64,000 bases of DNA from an uncultured bacterium (GTDB lineage Bacteria > Krumholzibacteriota > Krumholzibacteriia > LZORAL124-64-63), in assembly GCA_963732385.1 (NCBI GenBank), contig CAVSZB010000006.1:64001-128000 (forward strand). Reading direction: 5' to 3'. A model generated the notes under the pieces. The model made no database searches. It was given only the letters and a program-made list of their open reading frames with translations, and had not been told where the DNA came from. The position numbers and the translations under genes are program-made. Every line of letters starts with the position of its first letter. The first letter of the stretch is position 1. This document shows positions 18,578-31,592 of the stretch, piece by piece.

Positions 18578-19699
18578 CTAGTAGCCCACCATCGAGAAGT
18601 TCGAGCCGCACCAGGCCAGAACTTCGTTGATGGGGTTGGCGATGGCGGTGAAGCTGCTACCGGCGAACAGCAGACCGATCGCGTGCGGATTCGTGGCGAC
18701 GTCCTCCACCAGGAGCGAACCGGAGTCGCCGGAATACAGGAACTTGCTCGCCTGGTTGGCGATGATGATCTGACCGGTGAAGGTCTTCGTGAAGGCCGCT
18801 TCCCCGGCGCACTCGGTCTCGTAGGCGATGCTGACCGTGCCGTTGAGTCCGGTCACGTTGCTGCGGGTCAGGCCGGTCGTGCGGCCGCTCTTCTTGACGA
18901 GCTGGCCGATGAAGGCCGGGACGGTCGCCTTCGACAGCGTGCCGATCTCGAGGATCGCGCCGTCGGTGCTGACCATGCCGCTGATCGTCTTGGCGTAGGC
19001 GGCATCCACGTTGGCGGCCGGGATGCTGGCCATGGAGGACAGGGTCGCCACGTCCTGGGCGTTGGCGGCCTGGCAGCCGACATCGATCAGGCCGGGCTGG
19101 ATGATCGGATCGCCGATGGCCGCGATGCGGTTGTTGCCGCCGAGCTCGATGTCCATCGCGAACACGTGGGCGTTGCTCAGGATGTACTGGTTCGTGCCGT
19201 CGGTGAGCAGCGAACCGAGCGTGCCGCCGCAGCAGTAGCCGTTGGCCAGGTCATAGCGCCAGCCGCCGGAGGTGCCGAGCTGGATCGGCGGGGTCTGCTT
19301 GACAGTGTGCGAGGCGACAGCGGGCCTCATCGGCCTGATGACGCCGGTGACATACTCTAGCACCGGGAGACCATCGAGTTCCGTCGGCAGGCGGCCCTCG
19401 CCCAGCGGGCGGACCGTCAGCACGAGGATCGCCGGCTGGCCGTTTTCGGTCGCGCCGACGGCGGTGCCCACGACATCGGGCATGGCCATGAGGGCCGGGG
19501 TGTTGCGCTCCTGGACCACGATTGCCGCGGCCAGAGTCGGGTTGTTGGGGGCGAGAGCCTTTGCCTCGGACACGGAGGTCTGGGGCGCGATGACTGTTTC
19601 CTGATCCCTGCCGCAACCTGTGAACAACAGGCTGGTGATTGCCAGGACGGCGAGAAGCCCTGACAAAATCACCGTGCGACGAAGCCGTAGCTGCGTCAT
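18578..19699 (-). CDS. Lipoprotein trypsin-like (S1, Nal1-like) serine protease
   Basis: Lipobox LFTGC; propeptide PDVVGTAVG...LDGLPV; GTLG, ILSNAHV (His), VDAA (Asp), KSGRTTG, GDSGS (Ser). Confidence 0.8.
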   Translation of the reverse strand: MTQLRLRRTVILSGLLAVLAITSLLFTGCGRDQETVIAPQTSVSEAKALAPNNPTLAAAIVVQERNTPALMAMPDVVGTAVGATENGQPAILVLTVRPLGEGRLPTELDGLPVLEYVTGVIRPMRPAVASHTVKQTPPIQLGTSGGWRYDLANGYCCGGTLGSLLTDGTNQYILSNAHVFAMDIELGGNNRIAAIGDPIIQPGLIDVGCQAANAQDVATLSSMASIPAANVDAAYAKTISGMVSTDGAILEIGTLSKATVPAFIGQLVKKSGRTTGLTRSNVTGLNGTVSIAYETECAGEAAFTKTFTGQIIIANQASKFLYSGDSGSLLVEDVATNPHAIGLLFAGSSFTAIANPINEVLAWCGSNFSMVGY

Positions 19700-19849
19700 G
19701 TGGGGTCCTCCTGCGCACAATACGGGATGCTAAAAAATGGCGAGGTTGATCGCCTTTGATCTTATCCCACCATCGAGAGAGCCGTCAAGTAATTGTGACA
19801 ATAGGAGTTCGAAATTGAACACCATTCGCGGCGCGGGCCCCGGCATTGT

Positions 19850-20362
19850 TCACGCACACGCTGTTTTCTTCAATTTCAGACGAATCGCGGACCGGCGGTC
19901 CGAGTCGTTTCCCACGGCGCGAACGGTGAGATTGCGTCCCTTGCGCTGGTAGACGATCCGCTGCGGAAAATCGTGCGCGGGGTTCTCGAATACGGCGCTG
20001 GTCCTGCCGGAACTCTTGAGGCGGTACGAGACCGCCGGCTGGCCGAGCGGGTGGACGGTCAGGACGAGTCCCTCCGCCGCCTCGCGGATCTCCAGGAACT
20101 CGGCGGACACGGTGCGATCACTCTTGACGATCCGGCGGGCGCCGACGAGCGAGCCGCCGGCCGGCCTGCTCCACTGTTCGTCGACAACCCCTTCCTCTCC
20201 TTTGCCTCCCCAGCAGCCCGACAGCCAGGCCAGGCTGTCGATCGAACTGTCGGGCCCCCGGACGCAGCCCGGAAGGGAGCCGGCGAGCAAGGCGACGGTC
20301 AGCAGCGCGGCAGCGGCCACGAGGGGGCGGGGCGCGGGGAAAACGGCGGGAAAGCAGCGCAT
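19850..20362 (-). CDS. DUF6265 family lipoprotein
   Basis: LAWLSGCW, EQWSRPAGG, AVFENPAHDFPQRIVY. Confidence 0.7.
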   Translation of the reverse strand: MRCFPAVFPAPRPLVAAAALLTVALLAGSLPGCVRGPDSSIDSLAWLSGCWGGKGEEGVVDEQWSRPAGGSLVGARRIVKSDRTVSAEFLEIREAAEGLVLTVHPLGQPAVSYRLKSSGRTSAVFENPAHDFPQRIVYQRKGRNLTVRAVGNDSDRRSAIRLKLKKTACA

Positions 20363-20508
20363 GGCAGTCACTCCGGATCGACGCATTCTCAAGGTCGGCA
20401 CGGGTCGGCGCCGCCCGTGCGGATGATACGACAAGCTGTCGCGGCGCGCCGCAGGAATCGCGGCCGCGGTCCGGTACGGCGGCGTGGCGCCCGGGGCATT
20501 GTCCGGAA

Positions 20509-20853
20509 TCAGGTCGGGCCGGTACGACTGCGTGTCGAGCCGGCCGATGCCGACGCTTCGCCCCTGGCTGGCAGCTCGCGCGCCACGAGCGCCATCGCCC
20601 GGTCGATGGGGATGGCTGCGATTCCCCGCGCCCGGTCCACCCAGCGGTAGCCGTGCAACTGGGCCTCCTGGGCCGCCTGCACGGCGACCAGCTCTGCGGA
20701 GCGTTGCGACACGACCTCGCGCCGGTACTCGTCCCGCTCCGCCCGGGCGAAATACGCCTGGAAAAAGACGATCGCCGCGAAGAGCAGGATCGCCGCCACG
20801 ATGCCGACCATGACGACGGCCGGCGGGTTCAGTTCGACCTTCTCGGCCTGCAT
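20509..20853 (-). CDS. Alternative complex III small subunit (ActG-like)
   Basis: Single TM helix then LHGYRWVD...IPIDRAM; last gene of the act operon. Confidence 0.7.
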   Translation of the reverse strand: MQAEKVELNPPAVVMVGIVAAILLFAAIVFFQAYFARAERDEYRREVVSQRSAELVAVQAAQEAQLHGYRWVDRARGIAAIPIDRAMALVARELPARGEASASAGSTRSRTGPT

Positions 20854-20868
20854 GCGGGGCCTCCCGGC

Positions 20869-22089
20869 CTAGGCGTTCTCGAAGCGCAGCGAATCGTTCA
20901 GGCGCGGATCGTTGACCGGGACCAGCGGCCGCCGGCCCGCCAGGCGGACGAGTCCGGCCGCCCAGAGGCCGCCCACGCCGAGCCAGCACAACAGGTCGAG
21001 CGGATGCAGCGACGGAGCGCCGGGGCCCAGTTCCGGCATGATCAGCCAGTACAGGTCCACCCCGTGCATGACCAGCAGCCAGACCGCCCAGAACGTCAGC
21101 ATGCCGCGGTGGCGCTTGGCGTAGCGCGACACGAGTCCGGCGAACGGTGCGATGAAGTGGCAGAACAGCAGCGACAGCCCCACCACATCCCAGCCGTTCG
21201 ACTGCCGCCGCAGGTACCAGGTCGTCTCCTCGGGCAGGTTCGCGTACCAGATCAGCAGGTACTGCGAGAAGGCGATGTAAGCCCAGAAGAAGGTGAAGGC
21301 GAACATCAGCTTGCCCAGGTCGTGGTAGTGCTCGGTCGAGATGATCCCGGTCAGGCGCCCGGAGCGCTGCAGTCCGAGCGACAGCAGCGTCAGCAGCGCG
21401 AAAAAGCCGACCACGCTGCCGGAGAAGAAGTAGACGCCGAAGATGGTGCTGTACCAGGTGGGGTCGAGCGACATGACCAGGTCGAAGGCGGCCAGCGTCA
21501 GCGTGAGGCCGTACACCACCAGGCCCGGGGCGCTGATCTTTTCCATCCGGACCGTGATGGCGGGGTCGGCGCTGGTGTCCTGGGCCAAAGAGCGCCGCCA
21601 GAACCACCGCGCCAGCAGGCTCCAGAGCGTGAAGTAGAACGCCACGCGGAGCGCGAAGAACGCCGGGTTGAGCCAGACCCGCTTCTGCGCGATCAGGTGC
21701 GCGGCGTGGCTCTCCGGAGCGAGCGGACGGGCCCAGCCGTAGAGGTTGGGGATCGCCACCAGCACGGGGATCGCCAGCAGCCCGAGCAGCGGCAGGTTCA
21801 TGGCCGTGATCTCGGCCAGCCGTCGCACGACCACGCTCCAGCTCGAACGGGTGACGTGCTGCAGCGCGACGAAGAACAGCGCGCCCAAAGAGAGAGTCAG
21901 GAAGTACACGAAGGCGAGGAGGTAGGAGAAGCTCAGACGCCGCAGGCCGTCGCCCAGTCCGCAGCCGATCGCCGCCGCCGCGCCCAGCGCCACCAGGCCG
22001 ATCAGTCCGGCCAGGCGGAAAATCCGCGGTCCGGCGCGGCCCAGGGTCAGGTCCGCTCCCTCGAGGCTCGTCGCTTGCGTATGGGACAA
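20869..22089 (-). CDS. actF: Alternative complex III subunit ActF
   Basis: WSVVVRRLAE, WLNPAFF, MSLDPTWYSTIFG, HDLGKLMFAF, WAYIAFSQYLLIWYANLPEE. Confidence 0.9.
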   Translation of the reverse strand: MSHTQATSLEGADLTLGRAGPRIFRLAGLIGLVALGAAAAIGCGLGDGLRRLSFSYLLAFVYFLTLSLGALFFVALQHVTRSSWSVVVRRLAEITAMNLPLLGLLAIPVLVAIPNLYGWARPLAPESHAAHLIAQKRVWLNPAFFALRVAFYFTLWSLLARWFWRRSLAQDTSADPAITVRMEKISAPGLVVYGLTLTLAAFDLVMSLDPTWYSTIFGVYFFSGSVVGFFALLTLLSLGLQRSGRLTGIISTEHYHDLGKLMFAFTFFWAYIAFSQYLLIWYANLPEETTWYLRRQSNGWDVVGLSLLFCHFIAPFAGLVSRYAKRHRGMLTFWAVWLLVMHGVDLYWLIMPELGPGAPSLHPLDLLCWLGVGGLWAAGLVRLAGRRPLVPVNDPRLNDSLRFENA

Positions 22090-22119
22090 AGGTCCGCTCC
22101 CGTTCGTTGCGGCGCGCGC

Positions 22120-22761
22120 TCAGCGCAGCGCCGGCTGCTCCGCGGGCGGCACGTCCGCCACGCCGGCGTTCTGGCTCCGCTGCAGGGCCCTGACGTACGC
22201 CACGATGGCCCAGCGGTCCTCGGGCGGGATCTGCGCGCCGTAGGACGGCATGCTGCGGACCCCGTTGGTTATCGTGCTGAAGAGCTGTCCGGCCGGCAAC
22301 TGCCGCACCACGTCGGTGTGGAACGAAGCGGGGGGCGTCCAGGTCCCCTCCTGCAGGCGGTCGGCGCGTCTGGCCACCAGGCCGTCGCCGTAGCCCGACA
22401 GCCCGTGGCACGGAGCGCAGAAGACGCGGAAACGCTCCTGACCGCGCGTCAGCAGGGCCGGCGTGACCAACTGTGGGGAACGGGTCGCCCAGGCGCCGTT
22501 CTCGCGCCCGGCGTACAGCAGGCTGTCGGCGCGCGATTCGCCGCGGGCCACCGTGTCCGCCGGCGGCAGACGCATGGCGCGGCCGTCGGCGAAGAGCGGG
22601 TTGGCCTTCTGCGCCTTGAATTTCGGCTGGTTGTCCAGGTCCGGGATGATCTGGACACGCGGCCTGGACGACGGGGAGGCGCGGTCCCTGGCGATCATCG
22701 CCAGGGGCACCAGCCCCAGCACGAACAGCACGATCAGCACGTTGACGATCACGCGCGGCAT
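22120..22761 (-). CDS. actE: Alternative complex III monoheme cytochrome c ActE
   Basis: QPKFKAQ, FADGRAMR, CAPCH heme motif, MPSY, DRWAIVAYVRALQ. Confidence 0.9.
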   Translation of the reverse strand: MPRVIVNVLIVLFVLGLVPLAMIARDRASPSSRPRVQIIPDLDNQPKFKAQKANPLFADGRAMRLPPADTVARGESRADSLLYAGRENGAWATRSPQLVTPALLTRGQERFRVFCAPCHGLSGYGDGLVARRADRLQEGTWTPPASFHTDVVRQLPAGQLFSTITNGVRSMPSYGAQIPPEDRWAIVAYVRALQRSQNAGVADVPPAEQPALR

Positions 22762-22765
22762 CGGT

Positions 22766-23338
22766 TCACTCCTCCACGGCCTCGACGGGACTGCCGCCGA
22801 GGGAGGCCAGGAAATCATGCGTCGCCCCGGACTCGAAGCGGGGGTCGCGCGCCTCGATGACGATGTAGAAGCGGTCATCCGTGGCCCGTCGGAACGAAGG
22901 GTGTTTCAGCAGGGGGTGCGACCAGACCGGCAGGCCGTTGAGCATCAGCATGCCCACCACCGTGGTGATGGCCGCCAGCAGGACCGTCAACTCGAACGTG
23001 ACCGGGATGTTCGCGGGCAGGCTGAAGTACGGCTTGCCGCTGATCAGGTAGGGGTAGTCGTGCACGTTCATCCACCACTGCATCAGCAGGGCCAGGCCCA
23101 GCCCGGTCAGTCCGCCGACCAGCACGAACCACGGCAGCCGCGTGCCGTGGATGCCCATCGCCTCGTCCATGGCGTGCACGGGGAAGGGGGAGTGGGCGTC
23201 CCAGCGACGGTAGCCCGCGTCCCGCACCTTGCGCACGGCCGTGACGAAGTTGTCCACATCATCGAACCTGATCAGCAGGCCATACAGCGCGGGCGTCCCC
23301 CCGCTGTCAGCCCCGGCGGCTTCCGGCGTAGCCGTCAT
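22766..23338 (-). CDS. actD: Alternative complex III subunit ActD (DUF3341)
   Basis: DAHSPFPVH, YPYLISGKP, PVTFELTVL. Confidence 0.9.
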   Translation of the reverse strand: MTATPEAAGADSGGTPALYGLLIRFDDVDNFVTAVRKVRDAGYRRWDAHSPFPVHAMDEAMGIHGTRLPWFVLVGGLTGLGLALLMQWWMNVHDYPYLISGKPYFSLPANIPVTFELTVLLAAITTVVGMLMLNGLPVWSHPLLKHPSFRRATDDRFYIVIEARDPRFESGATHDFLASLGGSPVEAVEE

Positions 23339-23380
23339 CGCACGATCCCTTCTGCGCTCTGCCAGTGCGCGCGGCGGGGC

Positions 23381-24821
23381 CTAGGACCGACGCAGCCGCG
23401 CGCGCTCGTCATGGATGTCGCCGTGGTAGTCGCCCACCGGCCGGTGCACGCCCGGCTCGTGGGTCGCCGCCGGCAGGACCGTCTTGACCTCGGCCATGGC
23501 GACCATCGGCAGATAGCGCACGAACAGCAGGAACAACGTGAAGAACAGGCCGACGCTGCCGGCGAGGGTGAGCAGATCCACCCAGGTCGGGATGAACATG
23601 CCCCAGCTCGAGGGCAGGAAGTCGCGATGGAGCGAGGTGACGATGATCACGAACCGTTCGAACCACATGCCGACGTTGACGCACATGACGACCGCCATCG
23701 TCACGACCAGGTTCGTGCGCAGCTTCTTCGCCCAGAACAGCTGCGGCGCCAGCACGTTGCAGGTGATCATCGTCCAGTAGGCCCAGGCGTACGGCCCGAG
23801 CGCGCGGTTCAGGAAGACGAACCGCTCGTACCCGTTGCCGCTGTACCAGGCGATGAAGAACTCGGTCGCGTAGGCGTAGCCGACCATCGTCCCGGTCGCC
23901 AGGATGATTTTGTTCATGCTCTCGATGTGATAGAGCGTGACGATGTCCTTCAGCCCGAAGAACTGCCGGCACGGCACCATCAGCGTTACGACCATGGCGA
24001 ACCCGCCGAAGATGGCGCCCGCCACGAAGTAGGGCGGGAAGATCGTCGTGTGCCAGCCGGGGATGGACGACGTGGCGAAGTCGAAGCTGACGACAGAGTG
24101 CACGCTCAGCACCAGCGGCGTGGCCAGGCCGGCCAGCAGCAGGTACGCCTTCTCGTAGCGGTGCCAGTGGCGGTGCGAGCCGCGCCAGCCCAGGGCCAGG
24201 AAGCCGTAGATGAGGCGGCGCCACTTCGTGCGGGCGCGATCGCGCAGCGTGGCCAGGTCGGGCACCATGCCGGTGTACCAGAACATCAGCGACACGACCG
24301 CATACGTACCGACCGCGAAGACATCCCACAGCAGCGGGCTGCGGAAATTCGGCCAGACCGCGTTGAAGTTGGGCAGCGGCAGCAGCCACCAGACCAGCCA
24401 GATGCGCCCCACGTGGATGGTCGGGAAGATCAGGGCGCAGATGACGGCGAAGATCGTCATCGCCTCGGCGAAGCGGTTGATGCTCGTGCGCCACCTCTGG
24501 CGCAGCAGGAAAAGGATGGCCGAGATCAACGTGCCGGCGTGGCCGATGCCGACCCAGAAGACGAAGTTCGTGATGTCGAAGGCCCAGCCGACCGGGATGT
24601 TCAGCCCCCACACGCCGATTCCCTTGAGGACCAGCAGCGCGATCATGGCGAACAGGACGCCGGTCAGCGCCAGCGAGATCGCGAAGGCGATATACCAGCC
24701 GCGTGGCGGGCGCGGACGCTCCACGATCGAGCACACCTTGTCGGTGATCGTCGTGAAGGTGTTGTCGCCCAGGATCAGCGGCGTGGGCCGCGTCGGGTCC
24801 TCGAACGTGTTGTCGATCTCG

Positions 24822-24841
<20 letters not shown>
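23381..24841 (-). CDS. actC: Alternative complex III subunit ActC (NrfD/PsrC family)
   Basis: [61 protein letters not shown]. Confidence 0.95.
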
Positions 24842-28552
<3,711 letters not shown>

Positions 28553-28588
28553 AGAAATCCTCCGCTCAGAATTTTGCCTGGCCGCTCC

Positions 28589-28912
28589 TCAAACGCGGAA
28601 GGACGTTCCGCAGCCGCAGGATCGCTTCGCGTTCGGGTTGAGGAACTTGAAACCGCCTCCCAGCATCGCCCGCGAGAAATCGACCGTCAGCCCGTTGAGA
28701 TAGGGCGCCGATTCCTCGTCACAGGCGACCCGCAGGTCCCCCAACTCGAAAACACGGTCATTCTCGCCCGCCTCAGGCGCAAAGTCCATGCTGTATTGCA
28801 GGCCGGAACAGCCGCCGGCCTCCACGCCGAAGCGCACCAGCGCGTCCGGCTGGCTCTGCTCGGCCAGGAGCCGCTTGACCTCGGCCACGGCCGCGGGGGT
28901 CAGTTCTATCAT
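28589..28912 (-). CDS. A-type iron-sulfur cluster carrier (IscA/ErpA, HesB family)
   Basis: GGCSGLQY, FLNPNAKRSCGCGTSF. Confidence 0.95.
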   Translation of the reverse strand: MIELTPAAVAEVKRLLAEQSQPDALVRFGVEAGGCSGLQYSMDFAPEAGENDRVFELGDLRVACDEESAPYLNGLTVDFSRAMLGGGFKFLNPNAKRSCGCGTSFRV

Positions 28913-28972
28913 CGCGGAGCCACCTCTCCTCTATAAACATGAAGGCGGGGCGCCGGAAGCGGGCCGCCCCGT

Positions 28973-28997
28973 TAACTGGACGATTTTAATCCAGTTA
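28973..28997. promoter_or_regulatory. Rrf2/IscR-like 25-bp palindromic operator
   Basis: TAACTGGA-CGATTTTAA-TCCAGTTA, 60 bp upstream of the A-type carrier gene. Confidence 0.6.
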
Positions 28998-29112
28998 TTC
29001 GCACTTGATAAGTGGTCCGGCCGCGAACGTCAACCCGGTCGTGGCGAGGGGGTGGCGCGGGCCCTAGCTTATGCGGCGCAAGCCGCCCATCCCCCCAGCC
29101 CCCGGGAGTCGC

Positions 29113-31215
29113 ATGTCCGACCGCGCCACCCCCCTCACCCCTGCGCGGATCCGCCGCGATGGCAATGCCCTGCAGCGCGAAACCTCGCTCTACCTGCGTC
29201 AGCACGCCCACAATCCGCTCGACTGGCGGCCGTGGGGTGACGAGGCGCTCGAGCGCGCGCGGGTGGGCCGGCTGCCGATCTTCCTGTCGATCGGCTACGC
29301 GTCGTGCCACTGGTGCCATGTCATGGAGCGCGAGGTGTTCGAGAACGACGAAGTGGCGGCGTACCTGAACGCGCATTTCGTCTGCATCAAGGTCGACCGC
29401 GAGGAACGTCCCGACCTCGACGCCGTCTACATGGACGCCGTCCAGGGGATGACCGGCGCGGGCGGCTGGCCGCTGTCGGTCTTCCTGACCGCCGACGCGC
29501 AGCCGATCTACGGCGGCACGTACTTCCCGGCGCCGCAGTTCCTCGAACTGGCGCGCCGGGTGCGCGAAGTGTACGTGACGCGGACCGGCGAGGTGGAGGA
29601 GCAGGCTGCCGCCGTCGCGGCGCGCCTGCTGGCGGGCCCGACCTTCGCCGACGAAGCGGCCGGCGGCGTCATCGACGCCGAGCTGATCGACGCCGTCGCC
29701 GCGCGCGCGGTCGCGCTGTTCGACCCGGAGTGGGGCGGTTTCACCGGCCCGGCGAAGTTTCCTGTCCCGCCGCGCTGGCAGTTCCTGCTGCACCACCACC
29801 GCCGCACCGGCGACGTGCGGTCGGCCCGCCTGCTTGGCCTGACCCTCACCACGATGGCCTCGGGCGGCATCTACGACCACGTCGGCGGCGGCTTCCACCG
29901 CTACGCCACCGATGCGGCGTGGCTCGTGCCGCACTTCGAGAAGATGCTCTACGACAACGCCCTCCTGGCGAGCCTCTACCTCGAGGCCGGCCTGGTCCTG
30001 CAGCAGCCGCTGCTGCTGGCGGTCGCCCGCGACACGCTCGCCTTCCTGGTGCGGGAGATGAGCGGCCCCGAAGGGGGCTTCTACGCCAGCTTCGATGCCG
30101 ACAGTGGCGGCCTGGAGGGGAGCTACTACGTCTGGACGCCCGACGACCTCTCCCTCGTGGCCGGACCGGAGGACGGGCCGGCGCTGGCCGGCCTGCTCGG
30201 CGTGACCGCAGCCGGCAACTTCGCCGACGGCGCGAGCGTGCTGACCCGCCGCGCCGACCTCGCCGAACTGGCCGCGCGCCACGGTCGCGACGAGGCGGAG
30301 ATCGCCGCCCTCTTCAACGAATATCGCGATGAACTGCGCGACTATCGCGACCGTCGCGAAGGTCCCACCCTCGACACCAAGGTGATCACCGCCTGGAACG
30401 GCCTGGCCATCTCCGCCCTGGCCCAGGCGTACGGCGCCACCGGCGAGCCGGCCTGGCGCATCGCCGCCGAGCGCGCCGCCGACTGGCTCGAACAGGCCCA
30501 CCGCCGCCCCGACGGCCGCCTCCTGCGTGCCGGCACCGACGGCCCCGCCACCGGCGACGGCATTCTCGAAGACTACGCCTTCCTCGCCGTCGGCCTGCTC
30601 GACCTCTACCAGGCCACCGGCGATGAGTCGCGCCTGCGTCGCGCCCTCGAGCTGATCGACATCACCCGGCGCGACTTCGCCGACCCCGCCGGAGGCTGCT
30701 GGCTGACCGCCGCCGCCGCCGAAGTCCCCCTCGGCCGCAAGACCGAGCTGTTCGACAGCGTGACCCCCTCCGGCAATTCCGCCTTCCTCCAGGCCCTGCT
30801 GCGCGCCGCCGCCCTGACCGGCCGCGATGAGTACCGGGAAGAGGCCGCCCGCACGATTGCGCGCTACGCCGTCATCATGGAAAAAGCGGGGCTGGAGATG
30901 GCCTGGTGGTTCGATGCGGCTTTGCGGCTGAACGGACCGTTCTATGACGTGGTGGTGGCCGGCGATCCCGCCGACGCGGCGACGCGCGCGCTGACCGCCA
31001 CGGTCACCCGCCTGCTGCCGCCGCATGTGACGCTGGCGCGGGTGTCGGCGGCGGGAGCGTCTGCGGATCTCGCTGCCCTGCTGCCCGCCGCGACGGGCAA
31101 GGTCGCGCGGGATGGCGGGCCGTGCGCCTACGTGTGCGAGCACGGCGCCTGCCTCGAACCGGCCACGGACCCGGACGCGTTGCGCGAGCAGTTGCTGGCG
31201 GGGTGGGCGAGGTAG
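29113..31215 (+). CDS. Thioredoxin-domain protein, YyaL/SSP411 family
   Basis: YLRQHAHNPLDW, SIGYASCHWCHVMERE, KVDREERPDLD, GGFHRY, PHFEKMLYDNA, DTKVITAWNGL. Confidence 0.95.
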   Translation: MSDRATPLTPARIRRDGNALQRETSLYLRQHAHNPLDWRPWGDEALERARVGRLPIFLSIGYASCHWCHVMEREVFENDEVAAYLNAHFVCIKVDREERPDLDAVYMDAVQGMTGAGGWPLSVFLTADAQPIYGGTYFPAPQFLELARRVREVYVTRTGEVEEQAAAVAARLLAGPTFADEAAGGVIDAELIDAVAARAVALFDPEWGGFTGPAKFPVPPRWQFLLHHHRRTGDVRSARLLGLTLTTMASGGIYDHVGGGFHRYATDAAWLVPHFEKMLYDNALLASLYLEAGLVLQQPLLLAVARDTLAFLVREMSGPEGGFYASFDADSGGLEGSYYVWTPDDLSLVAGPEDGPALAGLLGVTAAGNFADGASVLTRRADLAELAARHGRDEAEIAALFNEYRDELRDYRDRREGPTLDTKVITAWNGLAISALAQAYGATGEPAWRIAAERAADWLEQAHRRPDGRLLRAGTDGPATGDGILEDYAFLAVGLLDLYQATGDESRLRRALELIDITRRDFADPAGGCWLTAAAAEVPLGRKTELFDSVTPSGNSAFLQALLRAAALTGRDEYREEAARTIARYAVIMEKAGLEMAWWFDAALRLNGPFYDVVVAGDPADAATRALTATVTRLLPPHVTLARVSAAGASADLAALLPAATGKVARDGGPCAYVCEHGACLEPATDPDALREQLLAGWAR

Positions 31216-31592
31216 GGGGGGCGTTCGCTGTCGCAACGCGGTGTGAAATCCTCCCGGTCGACCGGGGCCGGTTGTTACGCCCAGGCACCGCCCTTCTCGA
31301 CGCGCAGGTCCCAGGCGGGGTACAATGCAAGGAGGCGGCGGGATGCGTCAGGCGACCGCCAGGGGCGAGGCGCCTGTTCGTCCTCCCCGCCATGCGTTCA
31401 GCCGACGAGTCGGGGTGCACGCCATGTACGGGCTGGGGATGGGAAGCGGGGGTTTGCATGGGGACGCACAGTTCGCGCGGTGGCGGCCCGGTTGCCCGTG
31501 GCGTCGATTCGCCTGCGTCTCGGCGGGCACGCGAGCCATGGAGCGCGGGCCCATGAACGCTGCGGACAGGCGGCCGGCGCCGGAGGAACCGG

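Noticed and set aside
19850..22411. 853-aa minus-strand ORF
   Set aside because: Only the last 170 aa (DUF6265-like) are protein-like; the rest is an alternate frame of actE/actF
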